Positions 1 through 9,810 of a stretch of 64,000 nt of DNA are shown here, in pieces. Position 1 is the stretch's first letter; the number at the start of each line of letters is the position of its first letter. This stretch comes from an uncultured Thermotogae bacterium (GTDB lineage Bacteria > Bipolaricaulota > Bipolaricaulia > CAYUCE01): assembly GCA_964443275.1 (NCBI GenBank), contig CAYUCE010000001.1:577-64576 (forward strand). Direction: 5' to 3'. The notes beneath the pieces are model-generated. The model was not told the origin of the DNA. It saw nothing but the letters and a program-made list of their open reading frames with translations, and searched no databases. The position numbers and the translations under genes are program-made.

Positions 1-1267
1 TGTAACCAATCCATTTGAGGAGTTTTTCAACGATCCTTTTTTTAAGAGATTCTTTGATGAGTCCCCTTTGAAAGACAAGGAAGTCAAGAAATCGCTGGGG
101 TCTGGATTTATAGTTGGATTTGAAGGTAAGAAATATATATTAACCAATCGACACGTGGTCAGCTCATCCACTGAAATTAGAATCACTACTCCCCAGGGCT
201 TGACTTTCGACGGAGAGTTAATCGGTTCGGATAGCAGATTGGATGTGGCGATAATTAAACCAAAAAATTCAGATATGGAAAATTTACCCGCAGTGAAGCT
301 CGGTGATTCCGATAGCGCAGAGATAGGTGATCTAAGTATTGCCATCGGTAATCCACTGGGTCTTTCTCATACCGTCACCTGGGGAATCATTAGTGCGATG
401 GACAGGGACGTACCCAGACCGGGTGGTGAAGGGTACTTTCGGAGTATGATTCAAACCGATGCCGCAATAAATCCGGGCAACTCCGGAGGCCCTCTAGTTA
501 ATATTAGAGGGGAAGTGGTTGCCATTAATACAGCTATCGCCCGTTTTTCAGAAGGAATAAATTTTGCCATTCCCATAAATTATGTAAAGCAGATACTTCC
601 CCAACTTACTACAACAGGAGAGGTTACCCGGGCCTGGTTGGGAGTGGTAATACAGGATCTAACTCCAAGTCTAGCTCAACAATTTGGGGTAGAACCGTTT
701 AGTGGCGTATTGGTAAGCCAGATTACAAAAGATTCTCCGGCTGCTAAAGCGGGGATAAAACCGGGAGATATTTTGGTTACGGTAGAAAAGGAACCGGTAA
801 CCAACACGGATGAATTGCAATCTGCAATTATGTTCAAAGAAGTGGGACAGAAGGTTACTATAGCTCTGATAAGGGGCGGTGAAAAGATGGATGTTCAGGT
901 TACTCTGGCTGAAAGACCGCCTGAATCCGAACTTCTTTCTGGTGATCAGCAGGAGAACGAACCTCAAAGTGAAACCGAAGAAAATGCTGTCAGTAAATTT
1001 GGGATTTCAGTAAGGGATAACTCTGAAGAGATAGCGGATCAACTCGGACTGAATACAAGTCAGGGAGTAGTCATCTCCGACATCGGCCACGGTAGCAAAG
1101 CTGATTGGGCAGAACTTCAATTGGGAGATGTGATTTTGGAGGGTAACGGACAAGAGATATCGTCCGTTGACGATTGGAACCGAATCATATCGAATATGGA
1201 TGAAGATAAAGCACCGATATTATATATAATGAGAGGTAATAGGACTTTTTACGTATCGATAGAATAA
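1..1267 (+). CDS. HtrA/DegP-family serine protease (trypsin-like domain + two PDZ-like domains), 5' end cut by window edge
   Basis: Frame is open from nt 2 (VTNPFEEFFNDPFFKRFFDES, the DPFF..RFF motif preceding the HtrA protease domain). Catalytic His (TNRHVV) and GNSGGPL serine motif are present, with two PDZ-like segments downstream. The ORF-track start at 68 is an internal TTG. Confidence 0.85.
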   Translation, partial: VTNPFEEFFNDPFFKRFFDESPLKDKEVKKSLGSGFIVGFEGKKYILTNRHVVSSSTEIRITTPQGLTFDGELIGSDSRLDVAIIKPKNSDMENLPAVKLGDSDSAEIGDLSIAIGNPLGLSHTVTWGIISAMDRDVPRPGGEGYFRSMIQTDAAINPGNSGGPLVNIRGEVVAINTAIARFSEGINFAIPINYVKQILPQLTTTGEVTRAWLGVVIQDLTPSLAQQFGVEPFSGVLVSQITKDSPAAKAGIKPGDILVTVEKEPVTNTDELQSAIMFKEVGQKVTIALIRGGEKMDVQVTLAERPPESELLSGDQQENEPQSETEENAVSKFGISVRDNSEEIADQLGLNTSQGVVISDIGHGSKADWAELQLGDVILEGNGQEISSVDDWNRIISNMDEDKAPILYIMRGNRTFYVSIE

Positions 1268-1405
1268 TTCTGAACACTCTAGGTATTATTTGGCGAGGTT
1301 GGAAAAGGAAAATCCGAAAGTTTTGAATTTTCTATTGTTAGAACTGATACTGTAGTTTTCTAACTCCCTCTAAGTATTGGGTAAATTATATGTAACTTCA
1401 GGAAA

Positions 1406-2353
1406 TTAAATTATCATATTGACTAATCTGAATAACAGAAATGAGAATATCCCGGCCAAGGAAGGGGAAGCCACCCATCCAATTACTATCTCCGTTATTT
1501 TTCCTTTACTCACTGTCTTTGCGCCTTTCACCAAGCCCACCCCTACTACAGCTCCCACTACAGCATGGGAAGTTGATACCGGTATACCCAAGAAGGAAAA
1601 GAGATGGACGGCTATAGCGGCAGAAAGCTGAGCGGAGAATGCACCAGCAGGATCCAAAGGAGTAATACCACCCCCTACGGCTTGAGTGACCTTCTTTCCA
1701 TAGGTCATGGTACCTACGGCGATAGCTACACCACCCAATAGGATTAAGAAAAGGGGGTTTATTTGAGTTGAAAGAAGCAGACCGGTTGCGGTACCTACAT
1801 GATTTGCTCCCAGCGAAAAGGCTAGATATCCGCCGGATAGGATTACCGAATAACTCAGCATTCTATCCATTAATGATACTCTCCGGACTTTACGTAGCGC
1901 AAATGCTGAAAGGTGATAAATTGTAAATGCGATTATGGCGGTTAGAAAAGGTGAAATAGCCCAGGCTTTGACGATAGTGATAATGACCTGGAAGTTAATT
2001 TTAATTCCAGTTGAAAGACCTACTCCAATTATACCTCCTACTATAGCCTGAGAGGTGGAGACCGGGACCCCATAAAAAGTAGCTAGAGTAACGAAAAAAC
2101 CGGATGTGACCATAGCAATTAGAATAGCTTCCAAAGGTAGCTTGCCTGAGATAATTCCACTTCCCATAGTTTCCATCACTTCGTGTCCCTGTAGAAGGCC
2201 TCCTATCAATATGAAAAACGCAACAAGGATTGTAGCCTTTCGATAGGGGATCAAACCCGAACCCACAGAGGTTCCAATACAATTTGCCTTATCATTAGCT
2301 CCAATATTCCATCCCACATAAAAGCCGGTTATTAGAAGTAAAGCAATTATCAT
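1406..2353 (-). CDS. PiT-family inorganic phosphate transporter
   Basis: 315 aa polytopic membrane protein with a GANDKANCIGTSVGSG signature and an internal GANHVGTATG repeat, typical of the PHO4/PiT family. Confidence 0.8.
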   Translation of the reverse strand: MIIALLLITGFYVGWNIGANDKANCIGTSVGSGLIPYRKATILVAFFILIGGLLQGHEVMETMGSGIISGKLPLEAILIAMVTSGFFVTLATFYGVPVSTSQAIVGGIIGVGLSTGIKINFQVIITIVKAWAISPFLTAIIAFTIYHLSAFALRKVRRVSLMDRMLSYSVILSGGYLAFSLGANHVGTATGLLLSTQINPLFLILLGGVAIAVGTMTYGKKVTQAVGGGITPLDPAGAFSAQLSAAIAVHLFSFLGIPVSTSHAVVGAVVGVGLVKGAKTVSKGKITEIVIGWVASPSLAGIFSFLLFRLVNMII

Positions 2354-2761
2354 CTTTATTCACATCACTCTTATCAGAGTCAATCGCAATTTAGTTCATA
2401 CATAGTATTCATAATTTGATTGCCTCTAACATGAATCATTTAATAAGAAATTTTCCAGTTGGCTCACTTTTGATACATTTAACATTATTACAATTGAATT
2501 CGGAATATTTTTCAGATCACTACTCTCAATCGATAACTTGAATGAGCCGCCTGATATTCTATAATTTGGCTCTCCGGAGTCTTTTATATATCTCTAAAAT
2601 ATCTATGAAAACATTATAGTATTACATATAATAACATACCGATTGTTTATTGTCAATCTGCATATTTTCTGTTTGAGCATCTAGGTAGTTTCATTATGGT
2701 GAGTTTCCTTAAGATCCTGAAGAACAGATTATTTGAGGAAATTGGGTGAAGTGATTTTGGT

Positions 2762-2849
2762 TGGCGGAGGGGGTGGGATTCGAACCCACGGAACCTCTCG
2801 GCTCGCCGGTTTTCAAGACCGGTGGTTTCGTCCACTCACCCACCCCTCC
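2762..2849 (-). tRNA. tRNA-Ser (anticodon TGA)
   Basis: Reverse complement reads GGAGGGGTGGGTGAGTGGACGAAACCACCGGTCTTGAAAACCGGCGAGCCGAGAGGTTCCGTGGGTTCGAATCCCACCCCCTCCGCCA. It has a 7-bp acceptor stem, anticodon stem CCGGT/ACCGG with loop CTTGAAA (anticodon TGA), a long variable arm typical of Ser, a GGTTCGAATCC T-arm and an encoded CCA. Confidence 0.85.
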
Positions 2850-2901
2850 AAAGAAAGACCTCTCTATTATAAGTATGCGAAAACCTCTTGCCAACCCTGT
2901 T

Positions 2902-2930
2902 TTGAAAAAGAAATCTTCATCTGCTATAAT
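2902..2930 (+). promoter_or_regulatory. sigma70-like promoter for the amino-acid ABC transporter operon
   Basis: TTGAAA (2902-2907), a 17-nt spacer and TATAAT (2925-2930), about 30 nt upstream of the AGAGGAGG RBS of the 2963 gene. Confidence 0.45.
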
Positions 2931-2962
2931 CACAAGACAAAATTATAGAGGAGGTTAAAGTT

Positions 2963-3838
2963 ATGAAACTAAAAAATGTAAGGTTGGTAGCCATAGTAGC
3001 CATCTTGGCTATGGTTTTGGCTAGTGGTACTGTCTTCCTTCAAGCACAGGACAAGGAAGTCTATACGGTTGGTTCGGACATAGCATGGCAGCCTTTTGAG
3101 TGGATAGATGAGAATGGCAACCCGGTAGGATTTGATATGGATTTGGTACGTTCTATCGCCATAATTGAAGGTTTCAGTGTAACATTTAAAGATATTGCTT
3201 TCGATTCCTTGAGACCGGCCGCAAATGCGGGAAAAATAGATTTGATCGCTTCAGCCATGACCATAACTGCGAAGAGAGAAAAAGAAGCTGACTTCTCCGA
3301 TCCCTATTACGAATCAAACCAAGCGGTTCTGGTACACGAAGATTCAGAGCTTAATATTGTAATTGCTTTGAGCGGAGGCAATACGGTAGGAGCGCAGAGG
3401 GGAACCACTGGAGCCGGCTGGGTACAGGATAATTTGATCGATAAAGGTGTAGATGTAAAATTGAAGCTTTATGAGACCTATCCATTGGCTGAGTTAGACT
3501 TAGTAAATAAGCGGTTAGCAGCAGTTGTAGAAGATGAACCGGCAGCAGTGGTGGCTGCAGCTAATAAACCGCTTAAAATCGTGGGTAAAATTATGACTTT
3601 TGAAAAATTCGGAATGGCTGTTGCAGATGGTGATCCACTGGGTTTATTACCTAAGATAAATCACGGGCTCCAGGAGGTCAAGTCCCGGGGTATCTATGAT
3701 AACCTTAAAAAAGCATATTTTGCGGCTACTGATCTAAGCGAAATAAACGATTGTTACCCTCAGTACAAACATTTCTTGGAAGAGAATAACCCAGAAGCTT
3801 ACGCTAGTAATCTTGCCTCTTGTATGTTGGGCGAGTAA
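2963..3838 (+). CDS. ABC transporter substrate-binding protein, polar amino-acid (family 3) type
   Basis: Signal peptide, then a periplasmic binding fold resembling Gln/Arg/His-binding proteins. Strong RBS AGAGGAGG. Followed by two permeases and an ATPase of the same family. Confidence 0.8.
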   Translation: MKLKNVRLVAIVAILAMVLASGTVFLQAQDKEVYTVGSDIAWQPFEWIDENGNPVGFDMDLVRSIAIIEGFSVTFKDIAFDSLRPAANAGKIDLIASAMTITAKREKEADFSDPYYESNQAVLVHEDSELNIVIALSGGNTVGAQRGTTGAGWVQDNLIDKGVDVKLKLYETYPLAELDLVNKRLAAVVEDEPAAVVAAANKPLKIVGKIMTFEKFGMAVADGDPLGLLPKINHGLQEVKSRGIYDNLKKAYFAATDLSEINDCYPQYKHFLEENNPEAYASNLASCMLGE

Positions 3839-3889
3839 GTAAATAGTTAAAAATTTGAAGTAAAAGTTGGGAATATAAATTGTATAAAT

Positions 3890-3925
3890 AGTGGTGGCAA
3901 GGATGAAATCATCCTTGCCACCACT
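3890..3925 (+). terminator. Perfect 16-bp stem hairpin between the SBP and permease genes (intra-operon attenuator or partial terminator)
   Basis: AGTGGTGGCAAGGATGA-AA-TCATCCTTGCCACCACT lies 52 nt after the SBP stop. There is no U-tract, so more likely a partial terminator or mRNA-stabilising hairpin giving SBP excess, as is common in ABC operons. Confidence 0.45.
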
Positions 3926-4034
3926 ACATGTTAGGTAAGGAGGATGGCAAGCTATAGAAAAGCTACTCATTATCTGGAATTCCTTTCCCCCTTTACTTAA
4001 AGGGGCATTAGTTACCATTGAGCTCACCGTAGAA

Positions 4035-4658
4035 TTGTTAGGTCTTGGATTCCTGGTGGGTATTTTATTAGCCATTGGACAGGTTTACGGAAATTGGTTA
4101 ATTAGGTTCGGTGTCTCCACCGTGGAAAGATTTTTCCGGGCTATCCCGGCCCTGGTACTCCTTTTCCTATTCTATTTTGGGTCTTCCTACTTCGGGATTA
4201 GCCTCTCTGCTTTTATTTCCACCGTTTTAGCTTTAGGCTTCCGCTCCGCTGCTTACCAATCTCAGATTTTCAGAGGCGCTATCCAAGCCATCGGCGAGGG
4301 ACAGTTTTTAGCTGCTCGTTCCATTGGAATGAGTCGAATAAAAGCTATTATTCATATAATTATACCCCAGGCTTTAAGGTTATCTATTCCCTCCTGGTCC
4401 AATGAATACGCTATAGTTTTGAAGGATACCTCGCTGGCTTACGCTATAGGAGTAACCGAGATGCTAAGGCAAGGAAGATATATAGTTGTAAGAAGCCCCC
4501 AGCTTGGAGCTTACGGACCGATAATGATATACATAGTAGTAGCTTTAATCTATCTGGTTCTTACCCAAGTAGGGGTAAAAATTCTTGACATCCTAGAAGA
4601 GAAGTTTAGAATACCAGGCTATGAGGTCAAAGGAGAAAGAAGGAGAGAGAGTGTCTAA
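4035..4658 (+). CDS. Amino-acid ABC transporter permease (HisM/GlnP-type)
   Basis: 207 aa with 5-6 TM helices and the conserved EAA-like loop (AARSIGMSRIKAIIHIIIPQALR). Confidence 0.8.
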   Translation: MLGLGFLVGILLAIGQVYGNWLIRFGVSTVERFFRAIPALVLLFLFYFGSSYFGISLSAFISTVLALGFRSAAYQSQIFRGAIQAIGEGQFLAARSIGMSRIKAIIHIIIPQALRLSIPSWSNEYAIVLKDTSLAYAIGVTEMLRQGRYIVVRSPQLGAYGPIMIYIVVALIYLVLTQVGVKILDILEEKFRIPGYEVKGERRRESV

Positions 4659-5409
4659 TCCCATACTAAAAATTGAAGATATATATAAAGCCTACGGCAA
4701 AGAGGAGGTTTTACGAGGAGTTTCCTTCGATATGCAGAAGGCGGAAACAAAAGTCATCATCGGACCTTCTGGAACTGGAAAGAGCACCTTACTTAGATGT
4801 ATCAATCGGTTAACCAGACCGGATAGTGGAAGGGTTTGGTTGGATGGAGCGGAGATAACCGACTCTGTAGATATAAACCGATTCAGACAAGACATTGGCA
4901 TGGTATTTCAGGACTTTAATCTATTTAACCACTTAACTGCATTGGGCAATGTGGAGATCGGCTTGACTAAGGTAAAGGGGATGAAGAGAAAAAAGGCCAA
5001 AGAAAAAGCAGTGCACGAGCTGGAAAGGGTGGGTCTGCAAGATCAAGCCAACTCATATCCGGCCGAGCTCTCCGGGGGCCAAAAACAAAGAGTAGGTATA
5101 GCCAGAGCACTGGCCCTGGACCCAAAAGTGATGCTATTTGATGAACCCACCTCCGCACTGGACCCAGAGTTAATAGGAGAAGTACTGGAAGTTATGAAAA
5201 ATCTGGCCGGAGAAGGTATGACTATGCTGGCAGTTACCCACGAGATGGGGTTTGCCCGTTCTGTGGCCAACGAGATAATATTCTTGGAAAAAGGTAAGAT
5301 CCTGGAGCAGGGTGCCCCCCATCAGTTTTTCACCACCCCAAAACATCAGCGAACAAAAGAATTCCTGTTCAAAATCACGGAACTGTACGGGGAATCTGAG
5401 AACAAATGA
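4651..5409 (+). CDS. Amino-acid ABC transporter ATP-binding protein (GlnQ-like)
   Basis: Walker A GPSGTGKST, signature LSGGQKQR, Walker B LLFDEPTSALD. The ORF track starts at ATG 4621, but GTG 4651 after AAGGAGAAAGAAGGAGAG gives only an 8-nt overlap with the upstream permease, so the start is uncertain. Confidence 0.8.
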   Translation: MSNPILKIEDIYKAYGKEEVLRGVSFDMQKAETKVIIGPSGTGKSTLLRCINRLTRPDSGRVWLDGAEITDSVDINRFRQDIGMVFQDFNLFNHLTALGNVEIGLTKVKGMKRKKAKEKAVHELERVGLQDQANSYPAELSGGQKQRVGIARALALDPKVMLFDEPTSALDPELIGEVLEVMKNLAGEGMTMLAVTHEMGFARSVANEIIFLEKGKILEQGAPHQFFTTPKHQRTKEFLFKITELYGESENK

Positions 5410-6068
5410 ACTTTTTGGAATTAGCTGGGGCCATATATCCAAAACTGCTGGAGGGTACCATAGTCACCCTCCAGTTAACAGGAATATCCGTAGCTTTAGG
5501 GTTTGTCACCGGAGTGCTGCTAGCTTTAGGAAGGATGTACGGCAATAAACCTATATCCCTTCTGTGCTCAGCTTATATAGAGCTTATGCGGGGAACCCCA
5601 CTTTTAGTACAGCTTTTTATCTGGTATTACGGGCTGCCCGCGCTGGGAATCAGACTCTCTTCCTTTGCAGCCGCTTTTATAGGCTTGGGATTAAATAGCG
5701 GCGCTTATCAAGCGGAATACTTTCGGGGAGCGATCCAATCCATAAGCGGTGGACAGATGGCCGCCGCCAGGTCCATTGGAATGAGTAGACTTAAGGCTAT
5801 AAGAAATGTAATCTTGCCTCAGGCATTAAGAATCGTCATACCCCCTTGGTCTAACGAACTCATTTACACTGTAAAGTATTCCTCGCTCGCCTATATGATC
5901 GGTACACCGGAACTTATGGCCCAAGGTAAGATTATCGCTGCCGAAAACTTTAGGTTCTTTGAAGTCTTTTTGATAGTTGCCTTCGTCTATTTGGTGATCG
6001 TGCTCATCCTTTCTAAAATCTTAGACATGGTAGAAGAACACTTGAGAATTCCGGGCTTAATGCATTAA
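5406..6068 (+). CDS. Amino-acid ABC transporter permease (second subunit)
   Basis: 220 aa paralogous to the 4035 permease (AARSIGMSRLKAIRNVILPQALR). ATGA overlap with the ATPase stop. Confidence 0.8.
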   Translation: MNFLELAGAIYPKLLEGTIVTLQLTGISVALGFVTGVLLALGRMYGNKPISLLCSAYIELMRGTPLLVQLFIWYYGLPALGIRLSSFAAAFIGLGLNSGAYQAEYFRGAIQSISGGQMAAARSIGMSRLKAIRNVILPQALRIVIPPWSNELIYTVKYSSLAYMIGTPELMAQGKIIAAENFRFFEVFLIVAFVYLVIVLILSKILDMVEEHLRIPGLMH

Positions 6069-6120
6069 CTTATCTTTAGTTCTACGCCAAGTTTAAATAA
6101 TGAAAAGGGGGTCAAAAAAT

Positions 6121-7434
6121 ATGAAAGGTAAGAGAAAAGTAGTCATCATGGGAGCTGCGGGTCGGGATTTCCACAACTTTAATTCTTATTTTCGAGACAA
6201 TAAAGACTACGAAGTAGTCGCATTTACCGCCACCCAAATTCCGGATATCGAGGGCAGACGCTACCCACCGGAACTGGCCGGCTCACTTTATCCCGAAGGG
6301 ATACCCATCCGGCCGGAGGAAGAATTGCCAGTCTTAATAAGAAAAGAAGATATCGATCAAGTAATCTTTGCCTACAGCGATGTTAGCCATCAGTACGTAA
6401 TGGAGAAGGCCTCCCTGGTAATGGCAAACGGAGCGGATTTTCGCCTTATGGGTACCAAATCCACACAAGTTTCATCCAAAAAACCTCTCATTTCCATCAC
6501 TGCAGTAAGGACCGGATCCGGTAAGAGTCAAACTACCCGTAAAATTACTGACATTTTAAAAGATAAGGGCCGAAAGGTAGTAGTAATAAGACATCCTATG
6601 CCCTACGGGGACCTGACAAAGCAAATCTGGCAAAGATTTGAGGATTACCAAGACCTCCAGTCCCAAGAATGTACTATTGAAGAAAGAGAAGAATATGAAC
6701 CCCATATAGAGAAAGGAAATATCGTATACGCCGGAGTGGACTATCAAGAAATATTAAAAAGAGCAGAAAAAGAAGCCGATATTATCGTCTGGGACGGCGG
6801 TAACAACGACTTCTCATTTTATGAAGCAAACTTAAATATAGTATTGGCCGACCCTCACCGGGCCGGACATGAGCTCACTTACTATCCGGGGAACATCTCT
6901 TTACGGCTGGCCGATGTAGTGATAATCAACAAAGTGGATACGGCCGCGCTTGCCAAAATAAACCAGGTTCGAAAAAACGTAAAAAACATAAACCCAAAAG
7001 CGATAGTAATTGAAGCCGCCTCCCCCATCTATGTGGCCAACCCGGACATAATCAAGAACAAACAGGTCCTAGTAATCGAGGACGGACCCACCCTTACTCA
7101 CGGGGAGATGGAATACGGTGCCGGAACAATCGCCACCCGTAAATTTAATCCCCAAGAAATTATTGATCCCAGGCCGTACGCTACCGGCCAAATTAAAGAG
7201 ACTTACTCCAAATACCCTCACCTGGGAGCCCTCCTGCCGGCCATGGGGTACAGCAAAAAGCAAATAGAAGATCTGGCCACCACGGTTAAAAAGGCCCACC
7301 CCGAATCCGTAGTCATCGGTACACCTATTGACCTTTCCCGGCTAATCGATTTTGAAGTCCCCACCACTAGAGTAAAATACGAATTGCAGGAAATTGGAAA
7401 GCCCGATTTAAAGGATGTTTTAGCTAATTTTTAA
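6121..7434 (+). CDS. P-loop NTPase, possibly cyclic 2,3-diphosphoglycerate synthetase-like
   Basis: N-terminal VVIMGAAGRDFHNFN and an internal P-loop AVRTGSGKSQTTRKI. The family assignment is from memory of cDPG-synthetase homologues and has not been searched. Start chosen at ATG 6121 (GGGGG RBS) rather than 6100. Confidence 0.45.
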   Translation: MKGKRKVVIMGAAGRDFHNFNSYFRDNKDYEVVAFTATQIPDIEGRRYPPELAGSLYPEGIPIRPEEELPVLIRKEDIDQVIFAYSDVSHQYVMEKASLVMANGADFRLMGTKSTQVSSKKPLISITAVRTGSGKSQTTRKITDILKDKGRKVVVIRHPMPYGDLTKQIWQRFEDYQDLQSQECTIEEREEYEPHIEKGNIVYAGVDYQEILKRAEKEADIIVWDGGNNDFSFYEANLNIVLADPHRAGHELTYYPGNISLRLADVVIINKVDTAALAKINQVRKNVKNINPKAIVIEAASPIYVANPDIIKNKQVLVIEDGPTLTHGEMEYGAGTIATRKFNPQEIIDPRPYATGQIKETYSKYPHLGALLPAMGYSKKQIEDLATTVKKAHPESVVIGTPIDLSRLIDFEVPTTRVKYELQEIGKPDLKDVLANF

Positions 7435-8573
7435 GCCCCGCTTTTGCCCTTTTCCACCTCTCGAACTTGTCCCAAAGTTCTTATCTTCAGGGCATTCATG
7501 ATATCGGTGCGGGTAATTATACCCACCATTTTACCCTTCTTATCCACCACTATGAGCCTGCCCAAATTGTTTTGAATGATCCTTTTGAAAGCTTCCATGG
7601 CATGATGATCCTTAGGAATGGTTATCACTTCTTTGGTCATGATATCTTCCACTTTATCCTCATTGGTATCCCTTCTCTGTAAATCTTGAAGGGTGACGAT
7701 CCCTACCACATTTCGATTCTCATCTATTACCGGATAGCCTAAATGACGCCGGTCAAGCATAGTCTCAATTAGTTTGGAGACGCTCGATTCAGGGCTTACA
7801 GTTACCACATCTTTGGTCATCAAATCCTCTATCTTTACCTCTTCCAGTGACTGGCTTACCATTAGGTTTTGGACTTCCGAAGACATGGAGGCGTAGATGA
7901 AAAAGGCGATGAGAATCAAAAAGATGTTTAAGTTGATCAATCCATAAAGCCCCATAGCAATCGCTATGGCTTTACTAATATTTGCCGATATCCTGGTGGC
8001 ATCCAGCCGAGGACGTCTTAGGGCCAGAAGTGATCTGAGGATACGTCCTCCATCCAGTGGTAAGGCGGGAATTAAGTTGAATACCCCTACCGCTAAATTC
8101 ATAAAAACCAGATAGCCTATGATGAATCGGGGGATCGGAGCTTGAGGGGAGAGAATCTGTAAAATAATCCAGCAAATCCCCCCTAGTATAAAGCTGGTTA
8201 CCGGTCCGGCCACCGCCATCTTGGCCTCCTGACCGGGCTCTTCCGGAATTTCTTCAAGCTGCGCTATTCCCCCCAAGACATGTAAGGTGATGGACTTTAT
8301 CCTTACCCCATAGCGCATGGCGAAGATGGAATGGCCCAGTTCGTGAAGGGTTACTCCCGTAAATAATCCCAGGGCGGCGATCAAACCTATCCAATATGCC
8401 CTGGACCCGCTGGTCAGAGGCTCGGTATTTATATCCAGATTTAAAAGCTTTACGTAAACGTCAATTTGACTGCCTATAATCCAGGCCAGGATAGGCAAAA
8501 ATATTAGAAAAGAGATGTTTAGCTTTATCGGGATTCCAAATAATTTGAAGGGTAATTCATAGGTTGTCTTCAT
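7431..8573 (-). CDS. Site-2 protease (M50 family) with tandem CBS domains
   Basis: HELGHSIF (HExxH) in TM helix 2, a second zinc-ligand region, and two CBS-like repeats at the C-terminus (VVTVSPESS..., VITIPKDHH...). Confidence 0.8.
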   Translation of the reverse strand: MKTTYELPFKLFGIPIKLNISFLIFLPILAWIIGSQIDVYVKLLNLDINTEPLTSGSRAYWIGLIAALGLFTGVTLHELGHSIFAMRYGVRIKSITLHVLGGIAQLEEIPEEPGQEAKMAVAGPVTSFILGGICWIILQILSPQAPIPRFIIGYLVFMNLAVGVFNLIPALPLDGGRILRSLLALRRPRLDATRISANISKAIAIAMGLYGLINLNIFLILIAFFIYASMSSEVQNLMVSQSLEEVKIEDLMTKDVVTVSPESSVSKLIETMLDRRHLGYPVIDENRNVVGIVTLQDLQRRDTNEDKVEDIMTKEVITIPKDHHAMEAFKRIIQNNLGRLIVVDKKGKMVGIITRTDIMNALKIRTLGQVREVEKGKSGA

Positions 8574-8613
8574 CTTACTTCACCTTCTATTTTTTAAAAA
8601 CTTCAGCTTAAAC

Positions 8614-9693
8614 CTAAGTTTCCCACTTGGATAATCTCCTCAAGGCTTGTAATCTACTCCGATCACCAACCTTGGCTTTCTTAACTGCCTTCTTCATTAT
8701 CTGAATTGAACTATCATAATCTGATTGGTTTATCGGGTACGGGGTGCCGTCTTTGCCCCCGTGGGCAAAACTAAACGAGGTGGGGTCTTCGGTGCTGGCC
8801 TCACGCCCGTAAATAAGTTCGGCTATCAAGCTTAAGGCGCGTACGGTCTTAGGTCCCACCCCACGAATGGCCAAAAGTTGGTTAAAATCTGGAGGTTTTC
8901 TCTCATAGGTTTTTAAGAAGGCCTTATTTAATCTTTGGGGATGTATATCCTCCAACATGAGTCTATGTCGGGAGGGCATTTGCAGATGGGATTTTTTTAA
9001 ACTAGTAAGGTCTTTAATTGTTTTATCCGGTTTTCGATGGGAGATTTCACTGCTTACTTGTTTGTTATCCTCGCTCTCTTTGGCCGTTAAATTAAGTGGA
9101 ACGGTCCTTTGATCACAACAGACGGCTTGATGTGGTTCCAGAGTAAAATCTAGGTTTTTCCTGCTTAACCAATGATAGCGGCGGGCATAACCGTTATCTT
9201 CGTTCATCCCCTGCTGGATAACCCCCCAATTTGCAAATCTATCAAATATAAATACGTGGTGATAAATCTGGTATCCGTCCTGCAGGGCTGTATTATCAAC
9301 CTTTGCGCTCATTCGGCTTGCATATACCAAGCTGTTTGAGTCAAAAGAATGCCCAAAACTATAGCTTTTAATTTCATCCGGTGTGCGTCGGGAAGCCGCC
9401 CCTTTGCCGCCGCAGGCGTAAAGTCCCAACTCCTCATCCATTCCACCCTTTAGGGCCTCTTTCATTGCCCCGCAGACGGTAGTAGTCAACCCGGATGAGT
9501 GCCAATCAAAGCCTAAGGTGCAGCCGAAGGCCTGAAACCAAAAGGGATCGGAGAGCCTTTTTAAAAACCCTTCGGTACCCAGCTCATCCACCATTACCCA
9601 TATAATTGAGCTGGCTAACCGGGTCATCCTTTTAAACAACCACCGGGGCGCCCTACCGCGGTGAAGTGGCAAATTGCAGGTTCCGGTGCGCAT
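8614..9693 (-). CDS. Conserved hypothetical protein (DUF763-like) with a C-terminal helix-hairpin-helix motif
   Basis: 359 aa with no transmembrane segments. LAIRGVGPKTVRALSLIAELIYG fits an HhH nucleic-acid-binding motif. The family name is from memory only. Confidence 0.5.
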   Translation of the reverse strand: MRTGTCNLPLHRGRAPRWLFKRMTRLASSIIWVMVDELGTEGFLKRLSDPFWFQAFGCTLGFDWHSSGLTTTVCGAMKEALKGGMDEELGLYACGGKGAASRRTPDEIKSYSFGHSFDSNSLVYASRMSAKVDNTALQDGYQIYHHVFIFDRFANWGVIQQGMNEDNGYARRYHWLSRKNLDFTLEPHQAVCCDQRTVPLNLTAKESEDNKQVSSEISHRKPDKTIKDLTSLKKSHLQMPSRHRLMLEDIHPQRLNKAFLKTYERKPPDFNQLLAIRGVGPKTVRALSLIAELIYGREASTEDPTSFSFAHGGKDGTPYPINQSDYDSSIQIMKKAVKKAKVGDRSRLQALRRLSKWET

Positions 9694-9810
9694 ACCGCTA
9701 TCTCCCTCCGAAGAAAGGGTTCACTAGAAGATAACAAAAGGGTGGGTTTTGGACAACTATATCAATCCTTTTTGGCACTGTAAAGCGATATGTGTATACT
9801 TGCAGTTGCC

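Noticed and set aside
2354-2760. AT-rich 400-nt region next to tRNA-Ser as a possible integration site or genomic-island boundary
   Set aside because: No integrase, direct repeat of the tRNA 3' end, or foreign-looking genes nearby. More likely the divergent promoter region for the PiT transporter.
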